This document shows positions 1 to 9,159 of a stretch of 64,000 nt of DNA, in pieces. Numbering within the stretch: position 1 is the stretch's first letter; each line of letters opens with the position of its first letter. The notes beneath the pieces are model-generated. The model did no database searches. It was not told the DNA's origin and was given only the letters and a program-made list of their open reading frames with translations. A program made the position numbers and the translations under genes. The stretch covers positions 3,892 to 67,891 of the forward strand of contig CAYVUR010000001.1 in assembly GCA_964455185.1 (NCBI GenBank), read 5' to 3'. The stretch is from an uncultured Gammaproteobacteria bacterium (GTDB taxonomy: Bacteria > Patescibacteriota > Patescibacteriia > 2-01-FULL-39-33).

Positions 1-275
1 ATCCTTATGATGATGATCCACAACAGATAATCAATCAAGTAGCTGAAGGAGTAATTAAAGCAGGAAAAAAAGAAAATCAAGAAGTGTTTAAAATATTAAA
101 TCGTAGAGAAGCTATTCGCCAAGCTATAAAATTAGCTCAAGCAGGAGATTTAATACTTTTAACAGGAAAAGGAGCAGAACAAGCTATTTGTATTGCAGAA
201 GGAAAAAAAGAATTCTGGGATGAAAGAGAAGTAGTAAAAGATGAATTAGCTAATTTTGGTTATAAAAATAATTAA
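1..275 (+). CDS. murE: Mur ligase C-terminal end, most likely MurE (5'-truncated by window)
   Basis: Frame open from position 3: PYDDDPQQII...NRREAIRQAIKLAQAGDLILLTGKGAE...WDERE, matching the MurE C-terminal pattern. Confidence 0.85.
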   Translation, partial: PYDDDPQQIINQVAEGVIKAGKKENQEVFKILNRREAIRQAIKLAQAGDLILLTGKGAEQAICIAEGKKEFWDEREVVKDELANFGYKNN

Positions 276-308
276 ACAACTTTTTATTTAATTATTTATA
301 TTTGATAA

Positions 309-317
309 TGTGGATAA
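309..317 (-). promoter_or_regulatory. Perfect DnaA box (TTATCCACA on minus strand)
   Basis: TGTGGATAA on + strand in the murE-rpoB intergenic region. Confidence 0.5.
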
Positions 318-444
318 ATTGTTTATAAAATTATATTTTTTTTAATTAATCTTTAATAATAATTATAAAATTTGTTTATTTTTAGATAAAAATTTTATAT
401 TATTTGACAAAAATTAGAAATTAGACTTAGGTGGCAAAATTATG

Positions 445-473
445 TTGACTTTAATTTTTATTTCTGCTATTAT
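445..473 (+). promoter_or_regulatory. Sigma70-type promoter of rpoBC
   Basis: TTGACT-17 bp-TATTAT with TG extension upstream of the -10. Confidence 0.55.
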
Positions 474-648
474 ATTGACAATAGGCGATTTTTTCGTCTT
501 GACACATTTTTTTAATTTAACACTAATAATTTCTAAATTTAGTGTCTTCCTATCAAAATAATAAAACTTAAATCATAAAACTCATTTCCTAAATTAAGTC
601 CATCAATTTAAATTAAATGGCTAAAATAAGAGAAATGAGAGTTTTTTT

Positions 649-3600
649 ATGTCCAAGAAAAATTTAAAAGTAATAGATGGCAGAGTAAATTTTGCTCCTC
701 TATTAAAACAATCCTTCATTGCTTCTGATTTGATTGAATTACAAAAAAAATCATATGATTGGTTTTGGAAAACTGGATTAAGAGAACTTTTTGATGAATT
801 TTCTCCAATTACCGATTTTATCGGACGTGATTTAGAAGTGTATTTTCAGAATTATTATTTAGATGAACCAAAGTTTGATGAAGTTGCTTCTAAAGAAAAA
901 AATATTTCTTATGAAGCGCCATTAAGAGTTAACATTAAATTAATTAACAATAAAACCGGCCAAAGTCTTGAACAAGAAATTTATTTAGGAGATTTTCCTT
1001 TAATGACAGAACGTGGAACTTTTATTGTTAATGGAGTTGAACGTGTTGTTGTTTCACAGTTAGTTCGTTCTGCTGGCGTTTTTTTTACTTCTATTTCCGG
1101 AATTGATCGTAATCTTTATGGCGCGAAAGTTATACCTAATCGTGGCTCTTGGTTAGAATTTGAAACTGATATTAATAAAGTAATTTGGGTAAAGATTGAT
1201 CGTAAAAGAAAAGTAGCTTTTACTGCTTTATTACGTGCTTTTGGTTATTCAACTAATGATGATATTTTGAAATTATTTGCTGATTATCCAGAGGCCTTAG
1301 AATTTATTGAAGCTACTTTTAAAAAGGATGCTTCAGAAAATGAAGACGAAGGTTTAATTGAAGTTTATAAACGTATTCGACCTGGTGATTTAGCTGCTCC
1401 AGATAACGCTAAACAATTAATAAACAACATGTTTTTTAATTTTTCTCGCTATGATTTTTCCGCTGTTGGTCGTTACAAATTAAATCAACGTTTTAATGAA
1501 AATAGAGAGATTAATATAGAGAATAGAGTTTTATTACGTGAAGATATTGTTAACATTATTAAAGAAATAATTCGTCTTAATATAACTCAAGATCAAGCAG
1601 ATGATATTGATCATTTAGGTAATCGTCGTGTTAAAGCAGTGGGAGAGTTAGTACAAAGTCGTTTTCGTGTTGGATTAGCTAGAATGGAAAGAATTATTCG
1701 GGATCGCATGAGTACGCTTGATGTCACTACTTTAACTCCAACCAAATTAATTAACGCTAAACCTTTAATGAGTGTAGTTAAGGAGTTTTTTATGTCTTCT
1801 CAACTCTCTCAGTTTATGGATCAAGTTAATCCTTTAGCTGAATTAGAACATAAACGTCGTTTGTCAGCGCTTGGTCCCGGCGGATTATCGCGTGAACGTG
1901 CTGGATTTGAAGTTCGTGATGTACACCCAACTCACTATGGTAGAATTTGTCCGATTGCTACTCCCGAGGGTCCTAATATTGGTTTAGTTGGTCATTTAGC
2001 TTCATTTGCTCGTATTAATGATTATGGTTTTATTGAAGCTCCTTATTATCGTGTAGTTCATGATGTTGCTAATGATGGAAAAACAGCTATTGGTGAAATT
2101 GCTAGAAATGATTATGCAGGAATAGTTAAAGCTGGAGAAATTATTTCTAAAGAAGCCGCTAAAGCTTTAGCAAATAATAAAGAAATTAAAACTATTGCTG
2201 TTAAACCTCGAGTTACTGATGAAATTGTTTATATTGATGCCTTTGAAGAATCTCGTTCAACTACTACCCCTTATTCTAATAAAATAGATGAAAAGGGTTA
2301 CTTTTTAGTTGATAAAATTGAGGCTCGTGTTAAATTAAATCCAACTTTAGCTTCCGTTGAACAAGTTGATTATATGGATGTGTCTTCCAATCAAATTGTT
2401 TCAATTGCTACTTCTTGTATTCCTTTCTTAGAACATGATGATGCTGTTCGCGCTTTGATGGGAACCAATATGCAACGTCAGGCAGTTTGTACTATTAGAC
2501 CAGAAGCCCCTATTATAGGAACAGGCATTGAAAAAATTGCTGCTCAGTATTCTGGACATGTTGTTTTAGCTAAAGAAGACGGAAAAGTAATTGCTTTACA
2601 TGGTAATAGAATTGAAATTTTAAATAAAAATAATCAGATTGATACTTATCGTTTAAATAAATATATTAGATCCAATAATTCAACTTCTATTAATCAAAAG
2701 CCAGTGGTAAAAATTGGTCAAGAAGTTAAAAAAGGAGACGTTTTAGCTGATGGCCCTGCTATTGATCATGGAGAGTTAGCTTTGGGTCAAAATATTTTAG
2801 TAGCTTTCATGCCTTGGCAAGGTTATAACTATGAAGATGCTATTATTATTTCTGAAAGATTAGTTCAAAAAGATAGATATTCTTCAGTTCATATTGAAAA
2901 TTATGTTTGTGAGGTTCGTGAAACTAAACTTGGTCCAGAAATTGTTACTTCAGATATTCCTAATGTTAGCGAGGAGAAATTAAAAGATTTAGATGAAGAA
3001 GGAATTGTTCGCATCGGAGCTTTTGTTAAATCTGGTGATATTTTGTGTGGTAAAATTACTCCCAAAGGTGAAACTGAGTTGTCAGCTGAAGAAAAGTTAT
3101 TGCGCGCTATTTTTGGTGAAAAGGCTAGAGACGTGCGTGACTCTTCACTTTATTTAGAGCATGGTTCTTCTGGTAAGGTTATTGATGTTAAAATTTTTAG
3201 TCGTGAAAATGGTGATAAGTTACCTGCGGGCATGATTAAAATGGTACAGATTACTGTAGCTTCTTTACGTAAAATTCAAGTAGGAGATAAAATGGCAGGA
3301 CGACATGGAAATAAAGGAGTTATTTCTAAAGTTGTTCCAGTTGAAGATTTACCTCATTTAGCTGATGGTACCCCGGTTGATATTATTTTATCACCTCTAG
3401 GTGTTGTTTCTCGTATGAATTTGGGACAAATTCTTGAGACTCATTTAGGTTTAGCTGCTAAAAAACTTGGATATAAGGTGGCTACCAATGCTTTTAATGG
3501 GGCAGTTGAAGAAGATATTAGGAAGCAATTAGAAGAAGCTGGATACCCTTCAGATGGACGCATTCAATTATATGATGGACGCACTGGAGAACCATTCCAC

Positions 3601-4071
3601 AAAAAGAGTACAGTTGGTATTATCTATATGTTAAAATTGAATCATTTAGTTGAAGATAAAATTCATCAGCGTTCAATTGGTCCGTACTCTTTGATTACTC
3701 AACAACCTTTGGGTGGTAAAGCACAATTCGGCGGACAAAGATTTGGAGAAATGGAAGTCTGGGCACTTGAAGCTTATGGCGCAGCTGCTACTTTGCAAGA
3801 AATTTTAACTATTAAATCAGATGATGTAGTCGGGCGTAGTAAAACTTATGAATCAATTATTAAAGGTGAACCAATCAGTAATTTATATATCCCAGAATCT
3901 TTTAATGTTTTAGTTAGAGAACTAAAAGGTTTAGGTTTGAATGTAGAATTACTTAATAATAATAAACAAATTAGCGATTTCGATAAGTCAATTGAAAAAT
4001 CAGTTCTTACTAAAGATGACGAAGAAATCAATATTTTAGAAGAAGATTCTACTTCTAATAATGAAAGCTAG
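649..4071 (+). CDS. rpoB: RNA polymerase beta subunit
   Basis: Motifs GTFIVNGVERVVVSQL, TPEGPNIGL, GDKMAGRHGNKG, GGQRFGEMEVWALEAYGAA. Confidence 0.99.
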   Translation: MSKKNLKVIDGRVNFAPLLKQSFIASDLIELQKKSYDWFWKTGLRELFDEFSPITDFIGRDLEVYFQNYYLDEPKFDEVASKEKNISYEAPLRVNIKLINNKTGQSLEQEIYLGDFPLMTERGTFIVNGVERVVVSQLVRSAGVFFTSISGIDRNLYGAKVIPNRGSWLEFETDINKVIWVKIDRKRKVAFTALLRAFGYSTNDDILKLFADYPEALEFIEATFKKDASENEDEGLIEVYKRIRPGDLAAPDNAKQLINNMFFNFSRYDFSAVGRYKLNQRFNENREINIENRVLLREDIVNIIKEIIRLNITQDQADDIDHLGNRRVKAVGELVQSRFRVGLARMERIIRDRMSTLDVTTLTPTKLINAKPLMSVVKEFFMSSQLSQFMDQVNPLAELEHKRRLSALGPGGLSRERAGFEVRDVHPTHYGRICPIATPEGPNIGLVGHLASFARINDYGFIEAPYYRVVHDVANDGKTAIGEIARNDYAGIVKAGEIISKEAAKALANNKEIKTIAVKPRVTDEIVYIDAFEESRSTTTPYSNKIDEKGYFLVDKIEARVKLNPTLASVEQVDYMDVSSNQIVSIATSCIPFLEHDDAVRALMGTNMQRQAVCTIRPEAPIIGTGIEKIAAQYSGHVVLAKEDGKVIALHGNRIEILNKNNQIDTYRLNKYIRSNNSTSINQKPVVKIGQEVKKGDVLADGPAIDHGELALGQNILVAFMPWQGYNYEDAIIISERLVQKDRYSSVHIENYVCEVRETKLGPEIVTSDIPNVSEEKLKDLDEEGIVRIGAFVKSGDILCGKITPKGETELSAEEKLLRAIFGEKARDVRDSSLYLEHGSSGKVIDVKIFSRENGDKLPAGMIKMVQITVASLRKIQVGDKMAGRHGNKGVISKVVPVEDLPHLADGTPVDIILSPLGVVSRMNLGQILETHLGLAAKKLGYKVATNAFNGAVEEDIRKQLEEAGYPSDGRIQLYDGRTGEPFHKKSTVGIIYMLKLNHLVEDKIHQRSIGPYSLITQQPLGGKAQFGGQRFGEMEVWALEAYGAAATLQEILTIKSDDVVGRSKTYESIIKGEPISNLYIPESFNVLVRELKGLGLNVELLNNNKQISDFDKSIEKSVLTKDDEEINILEEDSTSNNES

Positions 4072-4094
4072 TCAATCATCCTTAATATAAAATT

Positions 4095-7000
4095 ATGTTT
4101 GACGAAAAAACACAAAATATTCATTTTGATGCCATCAGATTGAGAATTGCTTCCCCTGATGATATTCATAGTTGGTCACATGGTGAAGTTACTCGTCCTG
4201 AAACTATTAATTATCGTACTCAAAAACCAGAGAAAGATGGATTATTTTGTGAAAAAATTTTTGGCCCAATCAAAGATTGGGAGTGTTATTGTGGTAAATA
4301 TAAGAAAATTCGTTACAAAGGTATAGTTTGTGATAAATGCGGAGTAGAAGTTACTCGTTCTATAGTTCGTCGTGAACGCATGGGACATATTGATTTATGT
4401 GCTCCAGTTGCTCATATTTGGTTTTTACGTGGCATTCCATCAAAAATTGGTTTGGCTTTAGATATGTCGGTAATGAATTTAGAAAAAGTTATTTATTTTG
4501 CTGATTTTATTATTACTTCAGTTAATGAGGATTTAAAAAATCAAACTTTTGAACAATTACGCGCTGAATATAAACAATATCGTAAACAAATTGAAAGTGA
4601 TTTCGATAATCGTATCAAACAACTTGAATCTTCTGATAAAGAAAATAAAGAAGACGCTATTAATCAATTAATTAAAGCTAAAGAAGAAAAATTGAAAGAG
4701 TTAGAAGAGACAATGATAATTGCTGAAAATGAACTTAAAGAAATTAAACCTTTAAAAATTATTTCAGAACATGTTTTTCATGAATTATCTTTGAAATATG
4801 GCCATATTTTTGAAGCAGGCATTGGCGCTGAAGCGATTCGTGAATTATTGTCTAAAATTAATTTAGAAGAAACAGTTGAAGAATTAAATAAAGCAATTGC
4901 TGAATCTGTTGGTGCTAAAAAAGATAAATTAGTGCGTCGAGCTAAATTTTTTAATAATTTAATTAAAAATAAATTGCGCCCTGAGTGGATGATTATGACC
5001 ACTATTCCGGTTATTCCTCCAGATTTAAGACCAATGGTGCCGCTTGATGGTGGACGATTTGCTACTTCAGATTTAAACGATTTATATCGCAGAGTTATTA
5101 ATCGTAATAATCGTTTAAAACAATTATTAGATTTAAATGCTCCTGAAGTTATTACTCGTAATGAGAAGCGCATGTTACAAGAAGCAGTTGATTCTTTAAT
5201 TGATAATAATGCTAGACATGGCAAGACTGTAGTTGCTTCTACAGGACAAAAAAGAAATCTAAAATCTCTCGCTGATATTTTGAAAGGTAAACAAGGACGT
5301 TTCCGTCAGAATTTACTTGGTAAGAGAATTGATTATTCAGGACGTTCAGTAATTGTTGTTGGCCCTAAATTAAAATTAGATCAGTGTGGTATTCCTAAAA
5401 TGATGGCTTTAGAATTATTTAAACCATTTATCATTTCTAAATTAATTCAACGTGGTGTAGTACATAATATTCGTAGTGCTAATAGGTATATCGAAGCTAA
5501 ACATGATGATGTTTGGGATATTTTAGAGGAAGTAGTTAAAGGATCTTATGTTTTATTGAATCGTGCTCCTACTTTACATCGTTTGGGTATTCAAGCTTTC
5601 AAGCCAGTTTTAATTGAGGGTTTGGCAATTCAAATACATCCTTTAGTTTGTCCGGCGTTTAATGCTGATTTTGATGGTGATCAAATGGCTGTTCATGTTC
5701 CTCTTACTGAAGAGGCTAATAAAGAAGCGGCTGAAAGAATGCTTTCTTCTAAAAATCTTCTTAAACCAGCTAATGGTCAACCTATCGTTACTCCACAACA
5801 AGATATTATTTGGGGATGTTATTATTTGACTACTTTAAATGAGAATGAAAAAGCTAAAATTTTTTCTTCGGTTAATGAAGCTATTTTAGCCATGGATAAA
5901 GGACTTATTACTTTACAATCAAAAATTAAATTGTTTTATAGTAAAAATATTAAAAATAAAAAAGAGATTTTAGAAACATCTTTAGGAAGAATATTTTTTA
6001 ATGAAATTTTACCGGAAAATTATCCTTTTGTTAATAAACGAGTTGGTAAAAAAGATCTTTCTAAAATTTTAGCAGATATTTTAAGAAATTTTGGTCCAGA
6101 AATAACCGTAACAACTTTAGATCAAATTAAAGATATTGGTTTTAAATATCTAACTTATTCTGCTCAATCTTTAGGTATGGATGATTTAGTAGATATTCCA
6201 GAAAGAGAAAAATTAATTGAAGAAGGTAATAAGGAAGTTGATATTATTGATAGTCAATATTTGATGGGTTTACTTACTGAAGATGAAAGACATGAAAAAA
6301 TAGTTGAGAATTGGTTAAAAATTAATAATCAAATTTTGGAAAAAGTTAAAACTTCAATGAATGAAGGTAATACTATTCTTGCTATGATCGATTCTCAAGC
6401 TCGAGGCTCTTGGGGACAATTATCACAAATGATTGGTATGAAAGGTCCAGTAGTTAATCCTAATTATGAAGTTATTGAATTGCCTGTTAAATCTAACTTT
6501 AAAAAAGGTTTTAATGTTTTGGAATTCTTTATTTCTTCCCATGGTGCTCGTAAAGGTTTATCTGATACAGCTTTGCGTACTGCTTCTGCTGGTTATTTAA
6601 CTCGTCGTTTAGTTGATGTAGCTCAAGAAGTTGTAGTTAATAGTGAGGATTGCGGTGATACTGAAGGTCTTACTATTACTAAAGAAGAAAGTGAAATTAT
6701 GGGCGATAAACTTATAAATAGAGTAATAGGACGTTATGCCGCTAAAGATATTATTGATCCTAAAACTAAAAAAATTATTGTTAAAGCAGGAGATCTTATT
6801 ACTGAAGATTTAGCAGAACAATTGTCTAAATATGATATTTCAGAAATTACTGTTAGATCAGTTATGACCTGTCGCAATGTGCGAGGTGTTTGTCGCAAAT
6901 GTTATGGTTATGATTTAGCTTATAATAAACCAGTAGAATTAGGCGTTGCAGTGGGCGTAATAGCCGCTCAATCTGTAGGTGAACCAGGTACTCAACTTAC

Positions 7001-7973
7001 CATGAGAACTTTTCATACTGGAGGAGTTGCTTCTGAAGGAGATATTACTCAAGGTTTACCTCGTGTAGAAGAAATTTTTGAAGCTCGTACACCTAAAAAT
7101 AAAGCAATAATTTCTGAAGTTGATGGAATTGTTAAAATTAAAGAACCTAGACAAAGAGAAATTATTGCCGATGATGGCCAGAGAATTGCTAAAGTTTCTG
7201 GCAAAGAAAGAATTTTAGAAATTTCTTATGAGCAAACTTTAGAGAAAAAAATTTCTATACCTAAAGGTAAAAATGTTAAATTAGAAGTAAAAGATGGTGA
7301 TAAAGTTAAAGTTGGACAAATTCTTTTAAGTAATGGAGAAAATCAAGTTACTGCTCCAATAGCTGGAGTAGTCAGATTAGAAAAATCATTTTTAATAATT
7401 TCTGGTAAAGAATTGGGAGTAAAAGAATATCTAGTGCCTTCAATTAAATCTATAATAGTTGCTGATGGAGCTAAAATTAAAGCCGGTGATCAATTAACTG
7501 AGGGAAGTCTTGATTTGCATCAATTATATAAATTGAAGGGCAAACATTTCACTCAGAAGTATATTATGAAAGAAATTCAACATATTTATTCTTCTCAAGG
7601 TCAAAAATTAAACGATAAACATGTTGAAGTTATTATTCGTCAAATGTTTTCCAAAGTTTATGTAATTGATGCAGGAGACGGAGATTTTATGCCTGGAGAA
7701 ATTTTAGAATATGTAGATGTTATTAATGCTAATGAAGAATTAGCTAAAGCTGGTAAAAAATTGGTTGAATTTGAAAGATTATTATTAGGTATTACTAAAG
7801 TTTCTCTATCTACTCGTTCTTGGTTAGCCGCAGCTTCTTTCCAAGAAACCGCCAAAGTTTTAATTAATGCTGCAATTACTGGAAAAACTGATGATTTATC
7901 TGGACTTAAAGAAAATATTATTATTGGTCGTAAAATTCCTGCTGGAACTGGTTTTGTTCCTGAAAAATTATAG
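4095..7973 (+). CDS. rpoC: RNA polymerase beta' subunit
   Basis: NADFDGDQMAVH catalytic motif, N-terminal Zn finger, GEPGTQLTMRTFH. Confidence 0.99.
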   Translation: MFDEKTQNIHFDAIRLRIASPDDIHSWSHGEVTRPETINYRTQKPEKDGLFCEKIFGPIKDWECYCGKYKKIRYKGIVCDKCGVEVTRSIVRRERMGHIDLCAPVAHIWFLRGIPSKIGLALDMSVMNLEKVIYFADFIITSVNEDLKNQTFEQLRAEYKQYRKQIESDFDNRIKQLESSDKENKEDAINQLIKAKEEKLKELEETMIIAENELKEIKPLKIISEHVFHELSLKYGHIFEAGIGAEAIRELLSKINLEETVEELNKAIAESVGAKKDKLVRRAKFFNNLIKNKLRPEWMIMTTIPVIPPDLRPMVPLDGGRFATSDLNDLYRRVINRNNRLKQLLDLNAPEVITRNEKRMLQEAVDSLIDNNARHGKTVVASTGQKRNLKSLADILKGKQGRFRQNLLGKRIDYSGRSVIVVGPKLKLDQCGIPKMMALELFKPFIISKLIQRGVVHNIRSANRYIEAKHDDVWDILEEVVKGSYVLLNRAPTLHRLGIQAFKPVLIEGLAIQIHPLVCPAFNADFDGDQMAVHVPLTEEANKEAAERMLSSKNLLKPANGQPIVTPQQDIIWGCYYLTTLNENEKAKIFSSVNEAILAMDKGLITLQSKIKLFYSKNIKNKKEILETSLGRIFFNEILPENYPFVNKRVGKKDLSKILADILRNFGPEITVTTLDQIKDIGFKYLTYSAQSLGMDDLVDIPEREKLIEEGNKEVDIIDSQYLMGLLTEDERHEKIVENWLKINNQILEKVKTSMNEGNTILAMIDSQARGSWGQLSQMIGMKGPVVNPNYEVIELPVKSNFKKGFNVLEFFISSHGARKGLSDTALRTASAGYLTRRLVDVAQEVVVNSEDCGDTEGLTITKEESEIMGDKLINRVIGRYAAKDIIDPKTKKIIVKAGDLITEDLAEQLSKYDISEITVRSVMTCRNVRGVCRKCYGYDLAYNKPVELGVAVGVIAAQSVGEPGTQLTMRTFHTGGVASEGDITQGLPRVEEIFEARTPKNKAIISEVDGIVKIKEPRQREIIADDGQRIAKVSGKERILEISYEQTLEKKISIPKGKNVKLEVKDGDKVKVGQILLSNGENQVTAPIAGVVRLEKSFLIISGKELGVKEYLVPSIKSIIVADGAKIKAGDQLTEGSLDLHQLYKLKGKHFTQKYIMKEIQHIYSSQGQKLNDKHVEVIIRQMFSKVYVIDAGDGDFMPGEILEYVDVINANEELAKAGKKLVEFERLLLGITKVSLSTRSWLAAASFQETAKVLINAAITGKTDDLSGLKENIIIGRKIPAGTGFVPEKL

Positions 7974-7986
7974 ATTAGATTTTTAA

Positions 7987-8028
7987 ATAAATAAAAAGAC
8001 CCCATAAAAAGGGGTCTTTTTATTTATT
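7987..8028 (+). terminator. Intrinsic terminator after rpoC
   Basis: aataaataaaaagacccc-loop-ggggtctttttatttatt inverted repeat. Confidence 0.85.
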
Positions 8029-8059
8029 GATTTTAAAAATAAAGTTGAAATATTTATAG

Positions 8060-8068
8060 TGTGGATAA
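8060..8068 (-). promoter_or_regulatory. Perfect DnaA box upstream of MerR-type gene
   Basis: TGTGGATAA on + strand, intergenic. Confidence 0.5.
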
Positions 8069-8158
8069 TTTTATTGTCAGATAATTATAATTATTATATA
8101 ATATAAAGCATAAAGTAAAGCTAATAGCTTTATAGTTTATACTTCATAGTTTAGATTA

Positions 8159-8395
8159 ATGTCATTAGAATTAATTAAAATTGGGGAATTAGCTAAATTA
8201 GCCAAGGTTTTACCTTCTACTATTCATTATTATACTAAAGAAGGACTACTTAATTTTGCTGCTGAAACGCCAGGAGGTTATCGTCTTTATGATAAAACAA
8301 AAACCTTAAAGCGAATTCGTATTATTCAAGATTTACAATCAAAAAATCGTTTGACTATTAATGAAATTAAAAAAAAATTAAAAAATAATTTTTAG
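8159..8395 (+). CDS. Small MerR-family HTH regulator (DNA-binding domain only)
   Basis: IKIGELAKLAKVLPSTIHYYTKEGLL...GGYRLY MerR signature. Confidence 0.9.
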   Translation: MSLELIKIGELAKLAKVLPSTIHYYTKEGLLNFAAETPGGYRLYDKTKTLKRIRIIQDLQSKNRLTINEIKKKLKNNF

Positions 8396-8401
8396 GAGGT
8401 T

Positions 8402-8524
8402 ATGTCTTTTTTAACTATTGAAGTTGTTTATCAAAAAAAGAATTATAGTCGCAAGGTGGCAATTACTTTATTTTTACTTGTCGTGCCTTTGATTATACTA
8501 GCTGTTTGGGCGCTTAAAATTTAA
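8402..8524 (+). CDS. 40-aa single-pass membrane peptide (absent from ORF track)
   Basis: AGGAGG at 8394-8399, ATG 8402, MSFLTIEVVYQKKNYSRKVAITLFLLVVPLIILAVWALKI, TAA 8522-8524, then terminator. Confidence 0.6.
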   Translation: MSFLTIEVVYQKKNYSRKVAITLFLLVVPLIILAVWALKI

Positions 8525-8538
8525 CTAGATCAAACAGC

Positions 8539-8569
8539 AAAAGAGCCGATAAATTATCGGCTCTTTTTT
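8539..8569 (+). terminator. Intrinsic terminator
   Basis: aaaagagccgataa-a-ttatcggctctttttt. Confidence 0.85.
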
Positions 8570-8691
8570 AAAATAAAAAATTTGGATAAAGACTTGTTTT
8601 TATGATATAATATTAATGTTATTTCTTATGATATTTATTTTAAAATAAGCTTGAAATTTTAATTTCAATTTTATATTTATATCTATAATTT

Positions 8692-9153
8692 ATGAAAGAA
8701 AAAAAGATTAAAAAATTAGTTAATCTTAAACAAGCTAGCGAATTATCTGGTAAAAGTTGTCAACAGTTAAGAAAAATGATAACTTCAAAAAAATTAAAAG
8801 CTGTAAAACAAGGTAGAATTTGGATGATAGATCCATTAGATTTAGATATGAGTTTTTTAGAAAAAAAAGAAATCGATGATGGTAAATTTCTCAATAAATT
8901 TCAAAATAAAATAAATAATTTTGATATAAATACAGAACAAAAGACTTTTATCAATTTTAAAATTATATCAACACAACAATTAAGTTTAATATTAATAATG
9001 GTAGTAGTTTTATTTTCTTTATCTTTGTTTTTTTCTATATTTTTAAGTAAAGGTTTGTTAGTAAAAGCTTCTTTTTCTAAATTTTCTAATCAAGAAAAGT
9101 ATATTTCTACAGAGCAAGAAAAGTTTTTAAGACGTTCTGTTTTTGGAGATTAA
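8692..9153 (+). CDS. Excisionase-like HTH protein with C-terminal transmembrane helix
   Basis: LKQASELSGKSCQQLRKMITSKKLKAVKQGRIWMI (HTH_17-like); hydrophobic LILIMVVVLFSLSLFFSIFL. Confidence 0.7.
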   Translation: MKEKKIKKLVNLKQASELSGKSCQQLRKMITSKKLKAVKQGRIWMIDPLDLDMSFLEKKEIDDGKFLNKFQNKINNFDINTEQKTFINFKIISTQQLSLILIMVVVLFSLSLFFSIFLSKGLLVKASFSKFSNQEKYISTEQEKFLRRSVFGD

Positions 9154-9159
9154 AAAATT

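Noticed and set aside
3846-8005. Antisense ORFs inside rpoB/rpoC (and similar shadow ORFs in ftsK, glyQS, topA, the giant gene and others)
   Set aside because: Shadow frames of well-supported genes
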